Assembly (NCBI GenBank): GCA_002269645.1
Contig: NIVC01000059.1
Span: forward strand, 620,001 to 684,000
Reading direction: 5' to 3'
DNA: 64,000 bases
Source: Macrostomum lignano
Taxonomy: Eukaryota
Made by a program: the position numbers and the translations under genes. Positions within the stretch are counted from its first letter, which is position 1. Every line of letters begins with the position of its first letter. The notes beneath the pieces were generated by a model. That model searched no databases. It was not told where the DNA came from and was given only the letters and a program-made list of their open reading frames with translations. Below, one piece after another: positions 60,576 through 64,000 of this stretch.

Positions 60576-61327
60576 GACTTAAATCATAAATATTATTGAA
60601 TTTTTTTAATTGTTTCAGTCACAAATGAAGCGCTGGAATGAAATTATGATGAGAAATCAAAACGCTAAATGTGATGAAATAGGAACGAAAAAGCACATGA
60701 TTTTCCCAGACGTTCCCATGCACATGGACAATTACCCCTGACCCGCAGGTTTTCTAAAGCTAGCAAATATGTGTGTGAAGTTTATAGTGTTTTTGCTGTT
60801 TATCATTTTAAAATTGGTACGCTCGAAATACACTGAACTTTTTGTACAATCCTCCCCAAATGTATCCCAAAAATGGTACATGTAAATTGCACAGCTTATA
60901 ATGGGATACTATACTATACAGGATTACTAGAGGATAAAAAGTCTATCCCCTATGAAAACGCCTTCTATTAAACTTTTTAGTTCCATGTTCGGCAGCGTAG
61001 CTCTCTCATAGCATGATATATGACAATACAATTATATCATCAGGTTAATTCTATTTATAGAGAAGAATTTATAATTGTGCATATGCGGTGAGCACTATTG
61101 AACAGATCTTGTTCAGCAATGAGCAACAAGGTACTAAGAGAGATTTACAATTTGCGTTGCGGGGGCGTGTGTGCATTGGATCAGTGCCAAATAAATATAT
61201 ATAAAGATGTAGTTAAAAAATAGAAGGCAGTCCATGCTTTTTTTCAACTGCAGCGTCTAAACAGACTTTGAGCAGCACCAATTTCTGCATAATTATCACT
61301 GAATGACTTGCAAAGCACCAAAGCAGC

Positions 61328-63025
<1,698 letters not shown>

Positions 63026-64000
63026 ATCATCGACTCGTTTGTAATATACTCGCAGCAACATTGAAAAGTCGCCACTCTATGCGCCGGTGAACAATTTCTC
63101 TTGGACTATTCTGAAATAAAATATACGAGAAAACTGATCGAGCTAGCTTTAATCCGCCCCTTCTGTGATGGCGACTTTTTGATGTTGCTGAGTATAGATG
63201 TACTGCATGCTACACTTTACTATCCAAGTTGAAATATGTTTGATTTTTTAAATATTTTGACGAGATTTATTTAACCGGATTTTGTAATCTAGCTGTGTAA
63301 TTTAATTGATATTTATCCCAGAAATCAGAAGCGTATGATAGATTTTCGATAGGATATACGAGCCTTATATGCTGCATCTGTATACATGTAAATAATTGAA
63401 CAATATTAAAACAGTTTTTTACTACACATAAATAGCCAATCGACTAAACTTTACCTAACTGCTGTACATTATACGAGTACCAATATTTTCGTAGCATATG
63501 TCCAAAATTAACTTGAACATGGTACTGAATATGCGTTAATGAAATTCTGAACTCAACACCATTCTTTGGAGTTTTCTGTTCCTTTTTATGAGTATTCTCC
63601 TGACAGTCCTATTTATATGTAGCTTGCAATACAATCATAACAAAAAACGTTCTGAGCCATATACTACTAAATGTATTACCGATTCGATAAATACACGTTC
63701 CTAACCGGTTTTCACGGCCCACTTCTAACACAATCGAGGGTTGCGTCTAATTTCTAGTGTAGACTTTTCCATTTTGCAGGTATACTCCTGCAAAATCCTG
63801 TGTACTCCGATTGCTTCGCTATTTGAAATCTTCTTGGCTTGCTCTTGTGGCGTCAATGTAATGACTAAAGCGAACAATTAATATAAGTCACGCTACTAGC
63901 TGAATAATTAATTTACCATGCCTGTGTGCCGTTACGCAATTATGCAATCACTACAGCTTGGAGTAGCTAGTAATACGAGAGTGCATTCGAGCGTAGTATT

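Overview
Eukaryotic (animal) genomic DNA with GC-rich exons and AT-rich or minisatellite-filled introns. The style suggests a flatworm such as Macrostomum, but the species is my inference. I reconstructed seven spliced genes by hand, checking GT-AG sites and reading-frame phase: a complete 17-exon CC2D2A/MKS6 ortholog (minus, about 1617 aa), a Yippee/YPEL gene, mitochondrial ribosomal protein L2, a CEP70-like gene, an orphan Gln-rich C2H2-like zinc-finger gene, TXNDC15, and a type I membrane protein with one TNFR-like Cys-rich domain. Almost every long intron carries its own tandem repeat family, which explains the long repetitive ORFs in the six-frame track; these are not genes. Mobile DNA includes two hAT-type elements with 8-bp TSDs (one present as two apparently identical copies), a 4-bp-TSD element nested in a foldback-like element, tRNA-derived SINEs, a Penelope GIY-YIG remnant with a decayed hammerhead, and an RTE fragment. 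The most unusual signal is that several intronic repeat arrays consist of transcription-factor consensus motifs: RFX X-box-like sites in the ciliary gene CC2D2A, TGATTGACAG (PBX-MEIS) in mrpl2, and TCAAGGTCA (NR5A/ERR) in all three CEP70-like introns. No database searches were run; homology calls rest on recalled family motifs.
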